From assembly GCF_006345805.1 (NCBI RefSeq), contig NC_043009.1, forward strand, positions 6,634,001-6,698,000: a stretch of DNA of 64,000 nt, read 5' to 3'. The notes below the pieces were generated by a model, which worked only from the letters and a program-made list of their open reading frames with translations, was not told the DNA's origin and did not search any database. Source of the stretch: Octopus sinensis. Its lineage: Eukaryota. The position numbers and the translations under genes are program-made. Each line of letters starts with the position of its first letter. Within the stretch, counting starts at the first letter, position 1. Shown piece by piece: positions 1 through 12,100 of this stretch.

Positions 1-197
1 AGGGGACAAACAAGGACAGACAAACCGATTACGTCGATTATATCGACCCCAGTGCGTAACTGGTACTTAATGTATCGACCCCAAAAGGATGAAAGGCAAA
101 GTAGACCTCGGCGGAATTTGAACTCAGAATGTAACGGCAGACGAAATACCGATAAACATTTAGCCCGGTGCGCTAACGTTTCTGCCACCGCGCCGCC
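1..197 (-). mobile_element. tRNA-derived SINE, family A (Meta-like central domain, Tx1-like tail), cut by the window edge
   Basis: Reverse complement has the head GGCGGCG..TGGCAGAAACGTTAGC, a B-box-like GAGTTCAAATTCC and the central GCCTTTCATCCTTTTGGGGTCGATA. It matches the copies at 11765-12100 and 30988-31417. Confidence 0.9.
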
Positions 198-770
198 TTT
201 ACAACAAAAGTACTAATAGAACACGAAGAACAATGATGTTTAAATGAACCACGAGAAGGCCAGGCATGTTAATAAGGACGCATTCGTTTATATGCATACA
301 TATAATACTTGTTGTTGTTATTGTCATTCTTTTCTACAGTTGAACGTGTTATGGAAGTTCCATAAGTTCGTGTCTTGCTTTCCTTTCCAGTGTTGTATTT
401 ACTGATTTTATGGATTTATCGTTTTATGAAGCTGGCCAGCCACTCTAAGGTCTACTCAGCCTCTTTTAATTCTTTCCCCAAGGAGAAAAATAGGCAAAGA
501 AAAATGTTTTCACATCAAAGGAAAATATTTCACGGTTGGCCACAGTGTGCTTTAGGCTCGGTGGGTGATTTTGAAGGTGGAAGTATAGTTTGCAGTCAAC
601 CATACAAACCAGAAAGATAAAACGGAGCAACAACAGTAGCAACAACAACAAAAATAAATAACTGTAGAAGAAATAACAGTAACTGCAACAACAACAAGAA
701 CAGCAGCAGTGGCGACGAGGTGTGAAATGGAGCAGCAACACTAATAACGACGATGTATGAAGTGAAGCGT

Positions 771-1085
771 GGAGGTGCAATGGCCCTGTGGTTAGGACAG
801 AGGACTCGCGGTCGGAAGATGACGGTTTCGATTCCCAGACCGGTTGTTGTGTGTGTTTATTGATCGAAAACATCCAAAGCCTCACGAGGTTCCGGCAGGG
901 GTGGTGGCGATCACTTTTGTACTCTTTCGCTCCAACTTTCTCTCTCTCTCTCTTCCTGTTTCTTGAGTAACGCTGCGATGGACTTGCGTCCCGTGCAGCT
1001 GAGGGGGGAGACATGCGCCACAGAAACCGGGAAACCGGGACCATGAACCCGGCTAAGCTTGAAAAGGGTGCATAAATAAAAAAAA
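771..1085 (+). mobile_element. tRNA-derived SINE, family C head with CTGCGATGGAC..GAAACCGGG tail
   Basis: Head GGAGGTGCAATGGCCCTGTGGTTAGG..GGTTTCGATTCCC (A/B boxes), shared with 8034, 48880 and 50292. Ends in an A-rich tail. Confidence 0.85.
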
Positions 1086-2989
1086 TAATGAAGTGAAATA
1101 GTAGCAGCAGGAAAACCGTATCCATTGCAATAATTTATTTGCAAAAATGTAAGGACTAAATATATTAGCCGCAATGGTTCAACTCCCGCCACACCATTAA
1201 TAATCAATTATAAGTGCAGCTACAGTATATTTAGCCACAGTAGGACCACGTCATTTGCTGTTATTTCAAAATCACTTGATTTAGTCACACTGGACAAGAA
1301 ATGAAAGTACCACAATATTGAAGAAACACAACGACAAACAGCAGACTAGGTGGGAAGGGTTTCAATCACGATAACATTGGATATGCAAACATTTTAATTT
1401 TTTCATTTTTATATAATTTCATCTTATTTATATTCGTTTTATGCTTTTTGTCCCCACTGTGGTCCTGTCTCTCCTTGTGGAGTCTCCTCTGTGTTCGGGC
1501 TTTATGCCTAATAAAGAAACAGATAACATAGGATATCTTACAGCAAAGAGATCGAAGAGCCCGAGTATACAGATGCTCACCATTGAAGTGAGTCTCCGAT
1601 ATGTTGTATATGAGTGAATTTTCAGTTGGAAACCCTGGCTCAGAAGCATGGTACTATTCAACGTAGACCTGAGGAAATTACGCTGCAGCCATTTTACTCA
1701 GAAATAGGAAAGATCATGTAAACTTAAGAACACACAACCAGAACTAACTGTTGATCGATGGTGAATTTTGTTGTAATGGATGACACCAGAACTCTACGTG
1801 AAAAAAGAGGACTGGGACGTGTTGAAAGATCTTTATTTAGGTGAAACTTGTGATACTTGACAGTATTCCAGTCCTAATGAATATCCCTAAAGGGTCATTA
1901 ACTGCACAGGGTTGCAGAGGACAACAGACAAAGATGTTACAATTGTTTCAACACTTAGCACTTAAGGCCTTCTATCATGAAAGCCACTCAATTTCCCATT
2001 CTTTCCAATATCGCCTTACTCAGAACAGGGAGTGTGAATGCATATGATTTGAGGTTGCTTTGGAAATAAAGCCAAATTATAGCTTCAAGTCATCAGACAT
2101 AGTGACCATCAGCTAGATTAGAATTGCCGACGTTCAAAGGCGTGCACCCATCATCGGCGAATATATATATTCCACTGGAAGTCAGTTATGACCCGAGAGC
2201 AAAGACAAAGTATTTCTTCGGATTATCTTCCTCAACACTAAGTGTAAGTCGGTGGTGATTAACGTAAGCAACATTGATGGCTATACGTTCAGTCAAGTAA
2301 ACGAAAATACTCCACCAGGGGTATATATTCGATGCACCACCAGATGTGGCGCAGCAGATAATTGTAGATGTGCAGAGTCCTTCCTCTGAACGTTCTGCTG
2401 CTAAGAGCCAGTGGAAATTGGAACAGTATATTGGGCGCAACATGAGACTGTATGAGGATAGCCGGTGGGAAAGAGTTTTACAACTGTTGTAAATATATTC
2501 TTTGTACAATGACGTGTTTCTCAACTTCTTACAAGAACTATGGTTGGGTGGCGGGTGATGGTCAAAAGGAGAAATTCAGATATTTTAACACTATCAGCAA
2601 GTGAATACATTTTTCCTTGCTTCTATTTCTATTGTTAGTGCTACAAGTTCTTATGGCTGGTTTAGTGGTAGGTTGTTCCGTGACAGCATTGGTAGCACCT
2701 TCAGAATGATCTTCAAGACACTCCACTTTGCTTCAAAACTCCCTACTTTGCTTCAAGACACCCCACTTTGCTCAAAGATAGAAGTGAGAAAGTCAACTTG
2801 AAAGTTCAGATTTGATTTAACAAAATAAAAATCCTTCCTTTCCAAAATGTGGCCCCGGGGGACGACTGGCATGGGATAATATCAATAATGGGACCAACTA
2901 TCTCGCAACAAACCTGGTGAGCGTAACAAGATAAAACAAAAGGGGTTATATTTATACCCTTATTATTCCAAAAGTTTAAATTTTCTAGC

Positions 2990-3018
2990 AGCAGCAACAG
3001 CAGATGTAGTAGTAGCAT

Positions 3019-3062
<44 letters not shown>

Positions 3063-3157
3063 ATTATTGTAGTAGTTTTGGTGGTGGTAGTGACAACGAC
3101 ACTGCTGCTACTGCTGCTGATGATGATGATGATAATGATGATAAAGACCACAGCGAT

Positions 3158-3218
<61 letters not shown>

Positions 3219-3235
3219 ATGATGATAATGACGAT
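2990..3235. repeat. Compound trinucleotide microsatellite (TAG)n/(GAT)n/(CTG)n
   Basis: Read directly. It explains the poly-S/poly-T ORF at 2963-3274. Confidence 0.95.
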
Positions 3236-3792
3236 ATGAGAGTATTTCCTTGTATTTAAATCACAATATTTCATAATAATATACAGTTAAGAGGGAAATA
3301 AAGTTTTCTAAATAGTTTTCTAAATATTTTACTCGTTGTAAAAAGTAACTATTGTAAATATGATAAAGAAAACTACAAAACAAAAAAAAAACAAAAAAAA
3401 ATCACTAGAAATAGGACCATAACAAAAAGTTAAACAAACAAACAAACAACATTATAGCGAGATACACACCCTTCACTAATTAGACAAATGATAAAATGAT
3501 GAAAAAATATACGTCGTATCATTCAACATCATGTGTTTCTGTTTAGAGATGTTTGAGTTTTATTTTGATCCACAAGTCAGTTTTGCTTCCCATGCCTTTT
3601 ATTATTGTCCTCCTCATCACCATCGTCATCATCGTCATCGCCAGGGCCATCGATGACGTCACAGTCTTTACAGTTGTATTCTCTTTTATTTTGCTTTCCT
3701 TTCTCTTAATCTTGTATCTTATTTTTCTTCTATTCCTCACCTTCAAACTATTTTTTATTCGCTTCTTCCCATTGCTTTGACTTTATTCTTTA

Positions 3793-3826
<34 letters not shown>

Positions 3827-4282
3827 CATAGAAAAGTTGAACTGTTGGAATAATAAGGGTGGATCAACAATTTCAATTAATTTTATTAGTAAAGCCTTAC
3901 CGTGTCATTAGTTCTTTAACGAGTTGCTTAGATGTAGTGGCCATGGGCGAACACATCAAAGCAATTAGCACTGTAATATTTTCCCTTTAAAAGTCATTAG
4001 CAATATTTTATTGCATTATCTCTTGCTATTTAATAAAGTTAGAACCTGTTTACTCAAACTCACACGCATACTCATAAATGCGGAAGCACACTTTCAAGAC
4101 CGGAAAAGAAAAAAAAAAACACCATGTTTCTGAATTTACTGATACATAAGTCAGCATGGAATCTACACTAAGTTTGTCTGTCTAAAATAATAATAATAAT
4201 AATTATTATTATTATTATTATTCAGTATCTAAATATGCACGTATATATACATCTATAGTGTGTGGTTCTTATATGCAAAACC

Positions 4283-4411
4283 ATATATATATATATATGC
4301 ATGTACACATTCTTATCTAGATACATATATATATATATATATACATATATATTATGTATATATATATATATATATTATATATATGTATATATATAATATA
4401 TATATATGTAT

Positions 4412-4457
<46 letters not shown>

Positions 4458-4750
4458 ATATGTATATATATATATATGATATGTATATATATATGTATAT
4501 ATATATGTATATATATATGTATATATATATATGTATATAATATATGTATATATATATATAATATGTATATATATATTATATGTATATATATTATGTATAT
4601 ATATATAATATGTATATATATATATGTATATATATAATATGTATATGTATATATGTATATGTATATATATATATATGTATATATATATTATATATATATG
4701 TATATATATATGTATAATATATGTATATATATATGTATATATATATATAG

Positions 4751-4781
<31 letters not shown>

Positions 4782-4883
4782 GTATATATATATTATATGT
4801 ATAGATATATATATGTATAATATATATATGTATATATATATATATATATATAGTATTATATATATATATGTATATATATATTG

Positions 4884-4914
<31 letters not shown>

Positions 4915-5070
4915 GTATGTATATATGTATATATATATATGTATATATATATGTATATGTATATATGTATATATATATGTATATGTATATATGTATATGT
5001 ATATATATATGTATATATATATATGTGTGTGTGTGTGTTTGTATAACGCACACAGACACACACACACATA
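4283..5070. repeat. ~790-bp degenerate (TA)n/(TATG)n array ending in (TG)n/(CA)n
   Basis: Read directly. It explains the YI-repeat ORFs. Confidence 0.97.
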
Positions 5071-5689
5071 CAGAAATGCAATGACAGAAGGATAGAAGGA
5101 GAAATAGATACAACTTGTCGGTGAATATATTTTGAATCTTCATAGTAGAAAATTCATTTGAATATTCTGCGATTTATCTATTATATAACGTTCTTGATTT
5201 GTAATATAATATTTCTCCCAGTCATAGACGGTAGACGTAACTTAATTTATAAGAAATTAGGTATCTTGTGACATTTTTTATGCAAAATATTTATCAAGTT
5301 GGCTATTGTTTCATTATAGCAATTACTGATAGTTTAATCATACTGGTGCTTTGTCGATTCCGTTAAATCGGCATTTCTCTTCCATGATAACAGATATTCT
5401 CTCAAGTTAACATTCTGTGAAAAGCACGTCCGTGGATTCCTCGTCTGTCCACAACCTGCCATTTACATTATTCTGTGCTCAGTGCCTGATATTTTTAATT
5501 AGAATTCACTCAAAGATTTGGATTTATCCCTTATATTTACTGAATGAGTATCTTGATACGATTCGCCGTTCTGCTCGGCTCCGAAGTCTTGCAGTTGATT
5601 TAGAATAGTTTTTTGTTTCTTTTAGGTTGCCTATTGTGTATATTTATGTTAACCATTCGATATTAAGGAGAGGCATATTGTGAGTATGT

Positions 5690-5900
5690 GTGGGCGTGTT
5701 TCTGTGTGTGCCTTCGTATGTGTGTTTGTGTGTGTGTTTGCGTTTGTCTGCCACCGCTTATCAACCGGTGTTGAATTGTTTACGTCCTCGTAATTTAGCA
5801 GTTCGGCAAAAATAATTAGTGGGGTCCATTCGTTCGAATCAACTTTTCAAACCCCAGCTTGGCAACAGTCCAGTGACTGAAACACGTAAGAGCTAAAAGG
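5690..5900 (+). mobile_element. SINE family B, degenerate 3' half
   Basis: CCGCTTATCAACCGGTGTTG..GTAATTTAGCAGTTCGGCAAAA..CAGTGACTGAAACACGTAAGAG matches the tails at 38590-38992 and 55415-55772. Confidence 0.75.
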
Positions 5901-5954
5901 TAAAGGGTTAAAGATTTTGGGACAAAAATTATTTTTGCTTCGATTTTTACAACA

Positions 5955-6066
5955 GAATGATGAAATAGTTGATCGCGGCGAAATTTGAACTCAGAGCGTT
6001 ATCAGTTGCAATACACACCATAAGCCATTTTGTCCAACGCTTGCACGATTCCACCAGTTCACCGCT
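5955..6066 (-). mobile_element. SINE family A, degenerate head
   Basis: GGCGAAATTTGAACTCAGAGCG..ACGATTCCACCAGTTCACCGC is the reverse complement of the family A head. Confidence 0.6.
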
Positions 6067-6799
6067 TTTAGTTATATTAGTGCCATAATTAAAATTAAAT
6101 TGCTTCGATCTCATTTCCAAACCTACAAATTGCATTCTACATTTCCTCACCTTATCTGTTACCTGTCATATTTTATGGTGAGGACTGTAAAACATCGTTT
6201 TCTTATCGAAACTAATTATTAGAATATTCGATAGCAAAATACCAAGGCGGCGGAGTTCATTGAAACGATTCCCTCTTAGGACGAATACATATCTTGATGT
6301 CCTTGGAAGAAGGAAATGTTATTTTGAAGCTTGCAGGAGTTGAATATTAAAAAGTAAATGTTGAAACTGAGCAGTTATCTGTTACTTTGTGTTCGACGTT
6401 CCAACTTTTATTGAAGTTAATTATTATAACAGCATGGGTTTATAAAGCTATTAATATTTTGCAAGGAACTTCTGCGTTGCATTGCTTCACGACTTGTAAT
6501 ATCAAGTTAAGTTCATTTATTATTGCTTTCAATTTGATTTTGTTTTATTGAAAATTTTAGCTAATTTATGCTATTTAATTTACCATCTCTCAGCTGTATT
6601 GATGTCACAAAAACCGTGGATTCTGATAGCGTTTGAAGTTGGAATGGCAAAGGATGTAATTGCTTGAAATTCTGCTATGATAACCATTGAGATATGAGAG
6701 CGAACGTGGACGTACAAATGTGATTAAAAAAAAAAAAATACTAACTTTGCTGTTCAAGATTCTTCCCATTTCTTAATTTACCTAGCGCTAAACAATATA

Positions 6800-7006
6800 T
6801 TTACATTTTCGACAGAAGGCCGACGATTTTAGGGGAGGAAGTAAGACGATTAGAAATACCCCCACTGTACAATTGTCACTCAATGCATCGACTCAAGAAA
6901 GGTGGAAAATAGAAACCGGCGAAATTTGAACACAGCGCATAATGACTTGTAATAAATACTATAAGTGATTTTATCCAACGCTTTCACGATGCTGCCAGTT
7001 CATCGC
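6800..7006 (-). mobile_element. SINE family A, old copy
   Basis: CGGCGAAATTTGAACACAG..GATGCTGCCAGTTCATCGC plus a GGGGAGG tail-type segment. Confidence 0.6.
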
Positions 7007-7109
7007 ATTCGATTGTACTAATAAGCATATCGCCGCAATACAATGTTACTTTGAAACCTACTGGAAAACATATGATAACAACATAATGAAATCCTGACAT
7101 ATATTTGAG

Positions 7110-7410
7110 GTTATTCAGCTCCCGATGTTAAGGTTGTGCTTTCGATTTCAGGAGGCGCGATGTAACCTTGGGCAAGGCACTTAAATTCGCCTTGCTCCGG
7201 TCCTTTCAGCTGACAAAAATGTGTAGTAACTGTATTTCAAAGGGCGACCAATCTTGTCATATTCTGTGTAACGCCTAATCTCCCTGAAAACTACGTTAAG
7301 GGTACCCGCGTTTGTGGAATGCGCAACCACTTTGAAGTTAATTTCTCTAGCAGGTTATTCCGTTGATTAGATTAATTGGAATATGCGTCGTCGTAACTGA
7401 CAGAGTGTCA
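7110..7410 (+). mobile_element. SINE with CORE-like domain and family C long tail
   Basis: CORE-like CCTTGGGCAAGGCACTTAA, followed by GAAAACTACGTTAAGGGTAC..GTCGTCGTAACTGACAGAGTG as at 8034-8418. Confidence 0.75.
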
Positions 7411-8033
7411 GTTCATGAATCAATATGTTTCCACAATTATAATTACTGAAAAAAATAGATTTAACGGTATTTTAGTTGTAGTTATTGCTGTTGCTCTTCG
7501 TGATGGAGTTTTTCAATTGTACCTATTCCATATACAACCTGACACTGAAAGTATTCAGTTGAGAAAAGCTCGACAAAATCAATCACATCCTCGATCAACA
7601 ATACCATGTAGTCAATGTCACCCACTTTTCTAAGCAAGAATTGGTCTCCTTTTTCATCAACGCCACCGTAATTCCTGATACTTTAGCATTAATAAATAAC
7701 ATTGCAGTGATTTATTCAGGGCATGGCGCATAAAGACCTAATTATCCTGATAGGTAGTGTAACGGGGATGTCGAAATTTCATGTACTATCCTATGCAACC
7801 AATGTCACGCCGTATAAGATAGAACATGATATGGTCGTTTCAAATGACAAGTACAACATCGATTAACAACTTGATCAACACATTTTAAATGTGGTAAATA
7901 TTAAATTTACTTAAATAATTAAATGGAACAGAGGAACTTGTACTGTAATGAAAATTGCTGTTGATTACATGCCGTTTCGGACCATCAGCATCCAGAAAAC
8001 TTGTGCTGTATTTATGGTATTATTAATATAGTG

Positions 8034-8418
8034 TGGAGGCGCAATGGCCCAGTGGTTAGGGCAGCGAACTCGCGGTCATAGGATCGCGGTTTCGATTCCC
8101 AGACCGGGCGTTGTGAGTGTTTATTGAGCGAAAACACCTAAAAAGCTCCACGAGGCTCCGGCAGGGGATGGTGGTGATCCCTGCTGTACTCTTTCACCAC
8201 AACTTTCTCTCACTCTTACTTCCTGTTTCTGTTGTACCTGTATTTCAAGGGGCCGGCCTTGTCACTCTCTGTGTCACGCTGAATATCCCCGAGAACTACG
8301 TTAAGGGTGCACGTGTCTGTGGAGTGCTCAGCCACTTACACGTTAATTTCACGAGCAGGCTGTTCCGTTGATTCGGATCAACCGGAACCCTCATCGTCGT
8401 AACCGACGGAGTGCTTCC
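8034..8418 (+). mobile_element. tRNA-derived SINE, family C, full length
   Basis: Intact A box TGGCCCAGTGG and B box GGTTTCGATTCCC, with the long tail ending GTCGTAACCGACGGAGTGC. Confidence 0.92.
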
Positions 8419-9239
8419 ATCCACATTAATATTGTATTCCTAGAGTAGAATGCCGACACCCGGATATTCTAGATCATGGCACTCCTAGCTGGGTTATAAG
8501 TGTGGTTACGCAATATATCTTCCTATTAGTCTTGTGGTAATAAAAGTGAGAGTTGTGAATGCAGTATGATTGTCCTGTGCATGGAAATTATATAAGCGTG
8601 TGTGTTTATGTGTGTGTGTGTGTGTGTGTGTGTTGTGTGTGTGTGTGTGTGTGTGTGGAAAGATATGCTCTCAGAATCCCGTTGCTGAGAACCTCACTAT
8701 AACTGGTGTAAATAAAATCTTCAATTCGATCTCAGACTAAATTACATACACTTAATAACTCCGCATACGTTTTGTTTTTGTTTTCGTTCTTTGCTTTTGT
8801 TTATTTATCTCTTAGTTTGGTAATGGAATTTATTCGTTGAAATCTGAAGAAATTGCAAATTATGGTTTTCTTGGCGTCTGAATACTAAACAGATTTACAA
8901 TTCAAATATCAAACACATATTGTGTAGACAGAAATAACATTTAAAGAAGAAACAACTCGAATAGATAAATAAATAAATAAATAAATAAGTATAGAAATAA
9001 ATAATGAAAAAGAATTTGTGTTTTATCTGTAAAAATATAATGTAAACAACTATAGCTAGCAATGACAAGATAAATAAATTATGAAATATACAAATCAATA
9101 CTTACTTTGTATGATAAAAATAGATTTTCAAAACCAGGTAGGAATTAAAGCTACCTATAAAGTAGTTGTGTACTATTTAGTCTTCGGAAAAATTAAGACA
9201 ACTGATCACTATTTATAACAAACCGATGTTACCCTACAT

Positions 9240-9892
9240 CAGTGGTTCTCTTCAATTTGGATCTTTTCGGTTTCAACGGCAGTTTTTTCTAGCGGTGTCA
9301 TATGAAGTTGTCACCCATAATTATGACTTTAGTATCGATCTATTGCATTTCAATCTGTTTTGGGGTTAGGGGTGGGGGAAGGGCATCTTTTTTTCTTCAC
9401 AAATGTAAATAAATTCAATCTGTTTCTTAAACGAGGGACATATTCATACGGCACAGAATGTTTTTTTACTTCAATAGACGTCATTGATTGGTTGAAATTG
9501 CAGAAATTGAAGAAAAAAGCCAACAAATATCTTACAAAGTATAGAATTTTCTCAATAAAGCCAAGTGAAAAAGATGTTTTATAAACACATTTTACCAGTA
9601 TACGAAGTTTCAAATTTTTTAGTTACCTAGAAATTATGTTAAAAACTGCCGTTCAAACCGAAAAGATCCAGCAATTTTTTGCCTGTGGGCAATTTGTTAC
9701 CTATTTTACTCGAAGGACCCCATAGCCATTCAATATCTACAAACTCTATTTTCCACAATTAAATATTATTAGGAACTATATAAAATTTTTGAAATATTTT
9801 GTGTATTGGAGATGCGTAACCAATTTTATCTCACATAAAGTTTAACGGCAATGTCTTATATGGACCATCAAGAGTCATATGGACCACCACTG
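9240..9892. mobile_element. hAT-like non-autonomous DNA element interrupted by a MITE
   Basis: Ends are CAGTGGT..ACCACTG (hAT/Charlie-type TIR). The 8-bp flanks CCCTACAT and CCGTAAAC match at 5/8. Confidence 0.5.
9259..9669. mobile_element. MITE with GGATC-starting ~28-bp TIRs (Merlin-like), copy 1
   Basis: TIR GGATCTTTTCGGTTTCAACGGCAGTTTT / AAAAACTGCCGTTCAAACCGAAAAGATCC. The 8-bp flanks TTCAATTT and AGCAATTT match at 6/8. Confidence 0.85.
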
Positions 9893-10224
9893 CCGTAAAC
9901 TGAAAGGCCACGCCAAAGAAGCACAACCCTGTTTTAAATTTATTTATTGCAACTCTAAAATTTCTGAATAGTTGACTCCAACAACCTTCAATGTTGGATT
10001 TGTGTAACTTGATTTGCCGTAAGGCTCTTACTCAGAATCTATATTGCGAAATCCTAAAAAGATTTCTTAGAGGTATTTGATGCTAATATATTCTTACAGC
10101 TTGGTTTGCTAATTTTGTCTTAAATATGTCTCGTCATCCCATGTATTCTAATCTAGTGCTACAAATCAGAGACTTACAATATACTGTCTTTCCATAATAC
10201 ATCTGCTGATAATTCTGGAGAGGT

Positions 10225-10790
10225 CATCTTTGCCTTTCCCCCTCTCGGGGTCGATAAAATAGGTAGCATTTGAACACTGTGGTCAATGTAATCGACTTAC
10301 CTTCTCTTTTGAAATTACTGGCCTTGTGCCAAAATTTGAAATTAATATTACTTTTGCTGATGAGGAGGCAAGCTGGCAGAGTTGTTAGCACACCGGGCAA
10401 TATCTTTAGCGGCATTTCATCCCTCTTTACTTTCTGAGTTCAAATGCCGGTGAGGTCAACCTCACCTGTTATCCTTTTGGGATTGACTGAATAAGAACAG
10501 TAAGGACGAGGTAATTGACTTCACCCTCCACTGAAATTACTGGTCTTGCGCAAGTTATAAGTGTAGTTACGCAATATATCTTCCTATTAGTCTTGTGGTA
10601 ATAAAAGTGAGAGGTGTAAATGCTGTATGATTGTCCTGTGCATGCTGGGCAAAAACGCGTATTTGCATTTCGTCGGTCTTTGCATTTTGAGCTCAAATGT
10701 CACCGAGATCGATAAAATGGGTACGAATTGAGCACTGGGTACTCGACTTACCCCTCTTCCGAAATTACTGCGAAATTTTGGAACAAATAT
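10225..10790 (+). mobile_element. Cluster of three family A SINE fragments
   Basis: Repeated CTTTGCCTTTC..GGGGTCGATAAAAT, GCTGGCAGAG..GAGTTCAAATG and GAAATTACTG tail segments. Confidence 0.75.
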
Positions 10791-11092
10791 TATTTCTGCT
10801 GTCTCATCTCTGTAAATATTCAAAAGTACTAAAATTACATTTAAAATTCAACAATGACTATGTGTTCATTACCTGGCCATACCTAACTTTCTCGAAATGG
10901 GGAATACATTTGAAATTTGCACGTTGTTGATATGCAAAGCTGATCCAGTGTAACTTTTTTAAACGTAAGCATTTTTTTTAAGAAATAGGTTTTATTTTAT
11001 CAATGTAATTTCTTCAGATGCTTCTTGTCATCTCTTACAGAATTGGTATCGTAAACGAAATCAGGATCGTACGCTAATAATTACGTTACTGT

Positions 11093-11512
11093 TACTCTTT
11101 TACTATTTTACTCTTTACTTGTTTCAATAATTTGACTGTGGCCATACTGGGGCATCGCCTTTAGTCTAGCAAATCGACCCCAGGACTAATTCTTTGTAAG
11201 CCTAGTACTTATTCTATCGGTCTCTATTGCCGAACCGCTAAGTTATAGGGACGTAAACATACCAGCATCGATTGCCAAGCGGAGTTGGGGTGACAAACAC
11301 AGACACACAAACATATAAACACACACATACATATATATAAACATATATACGACGGGCTTCTTTCAGTTTTCGTCTACTAGATCCACTCACAAGGCTTTGG
11401 TCGGCCCAATGCTATAGTGGAAGACACTTGCCTAACGTGCCACACAGTGGGACTGAACCCGCAACCATGTGGTTGGTAAGCAAGCTACTTACAACACAGC
11501 CACTCCTACGCC
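11093..11512 (-). mobile_element. tRNA-derived SINE, family B (CORE-like, internal CA/TA tract, (AAAAGAGT)n tail), full length
   Basis: Reverse complement begins GGCGTAGGAGTGGCTGTGTTGTAAGTAGCTTGCTTACCAACCACATGGTT and ends with the GAAACAAGTAAAGAGTAAAA tail. Confidence 0.92.
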
Positions 11513-11764
11513 TGGTTACAAAGATTATAGATAGATAGATATTTTTCCTAATGTATCAGAGTTATGAAAAAGCATTAAACGTTTTCAAAGAAACACATTT
11601 CCGGATGAAAAACATTGCAGACACGCAGTGATGGGGATGAATTTAAGGATGTAGGTATACATGAAGGATCAGTCAGAATGGTATGCTCAGAATCAGAGAG
11701 CTTCATAAGAGGGTAGCGATGTTCAGATGTATCTACAAATTGGTTTGCATATCTAGCACAACGC

Positions 11765-12100
11765 CAGCAATTTCAGGGGAGGGGGGTAAATTGATTACAT
11801 CGACCTTAGTGCTCATCTGCGACAAATTTTATCGATCCCGAAGGATGAAAGGCAAAGTTACCCTGGTGGAATTTGAACTCATGGTGATTTCTTTTATTCG
11901 TCTTAAATACATTTATTCATCACAAGAATGTTATGATATATATTTCTTTACTACACACAAGGGGCTAAACACACAGAGGACAAACAAGGAGAAACAAACG
12001 GATTAAGCCGATTATATCGACCCCAGTGCGTAAATGGTGCTTAATTTATCGACCCCGAAAGGATGAAAGACAAAGTTGACCTTGGCGGAATTTGAACTCA
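11765..12100 (-). mobile_element. Two 5'-truncated family A SINEs separated by a duplicated 60-bp flank
   Basis: Both stop at GAATTTGAACTCA and are followed by the same 60 bp (11881-11940 and 12100-12159). Confidence 0.85.

Noticed and set aside
466-1125. 219-aa minus-strand ORF
   Set aside because: It is the antisense of a SINE plus (CAA)/(CAG) repeats.
2110-2160. Hammerhead-like TGATG..GAACGTC on the minus strand
   Set aside because: The core is too degenerate to distinguish from chance.
4260-5143. Long ORFs of YI/IY/CV repeats (also near 14100-14990, 22250-22780, 26230-26670, 43950-44700 and 56920-58980)
   Set aside because: They are translations of TA/TG/GATA microsatellites, which lack stop codons. 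There is no coding signal.
5400-5480. GRLWTDEES as a Myb/SANT-like motif
   Set aside because: Too short, bounded by stops, with no supporting splice sites.
8034-8110. tRNA genes at SINE heads (771, 8034, 11440-11512, 35733, 48110, 48880, 50292, 52568)
   Set aside because: A/B boxes are present, but there is no closed acceptor stem and each runs into a SINE body.
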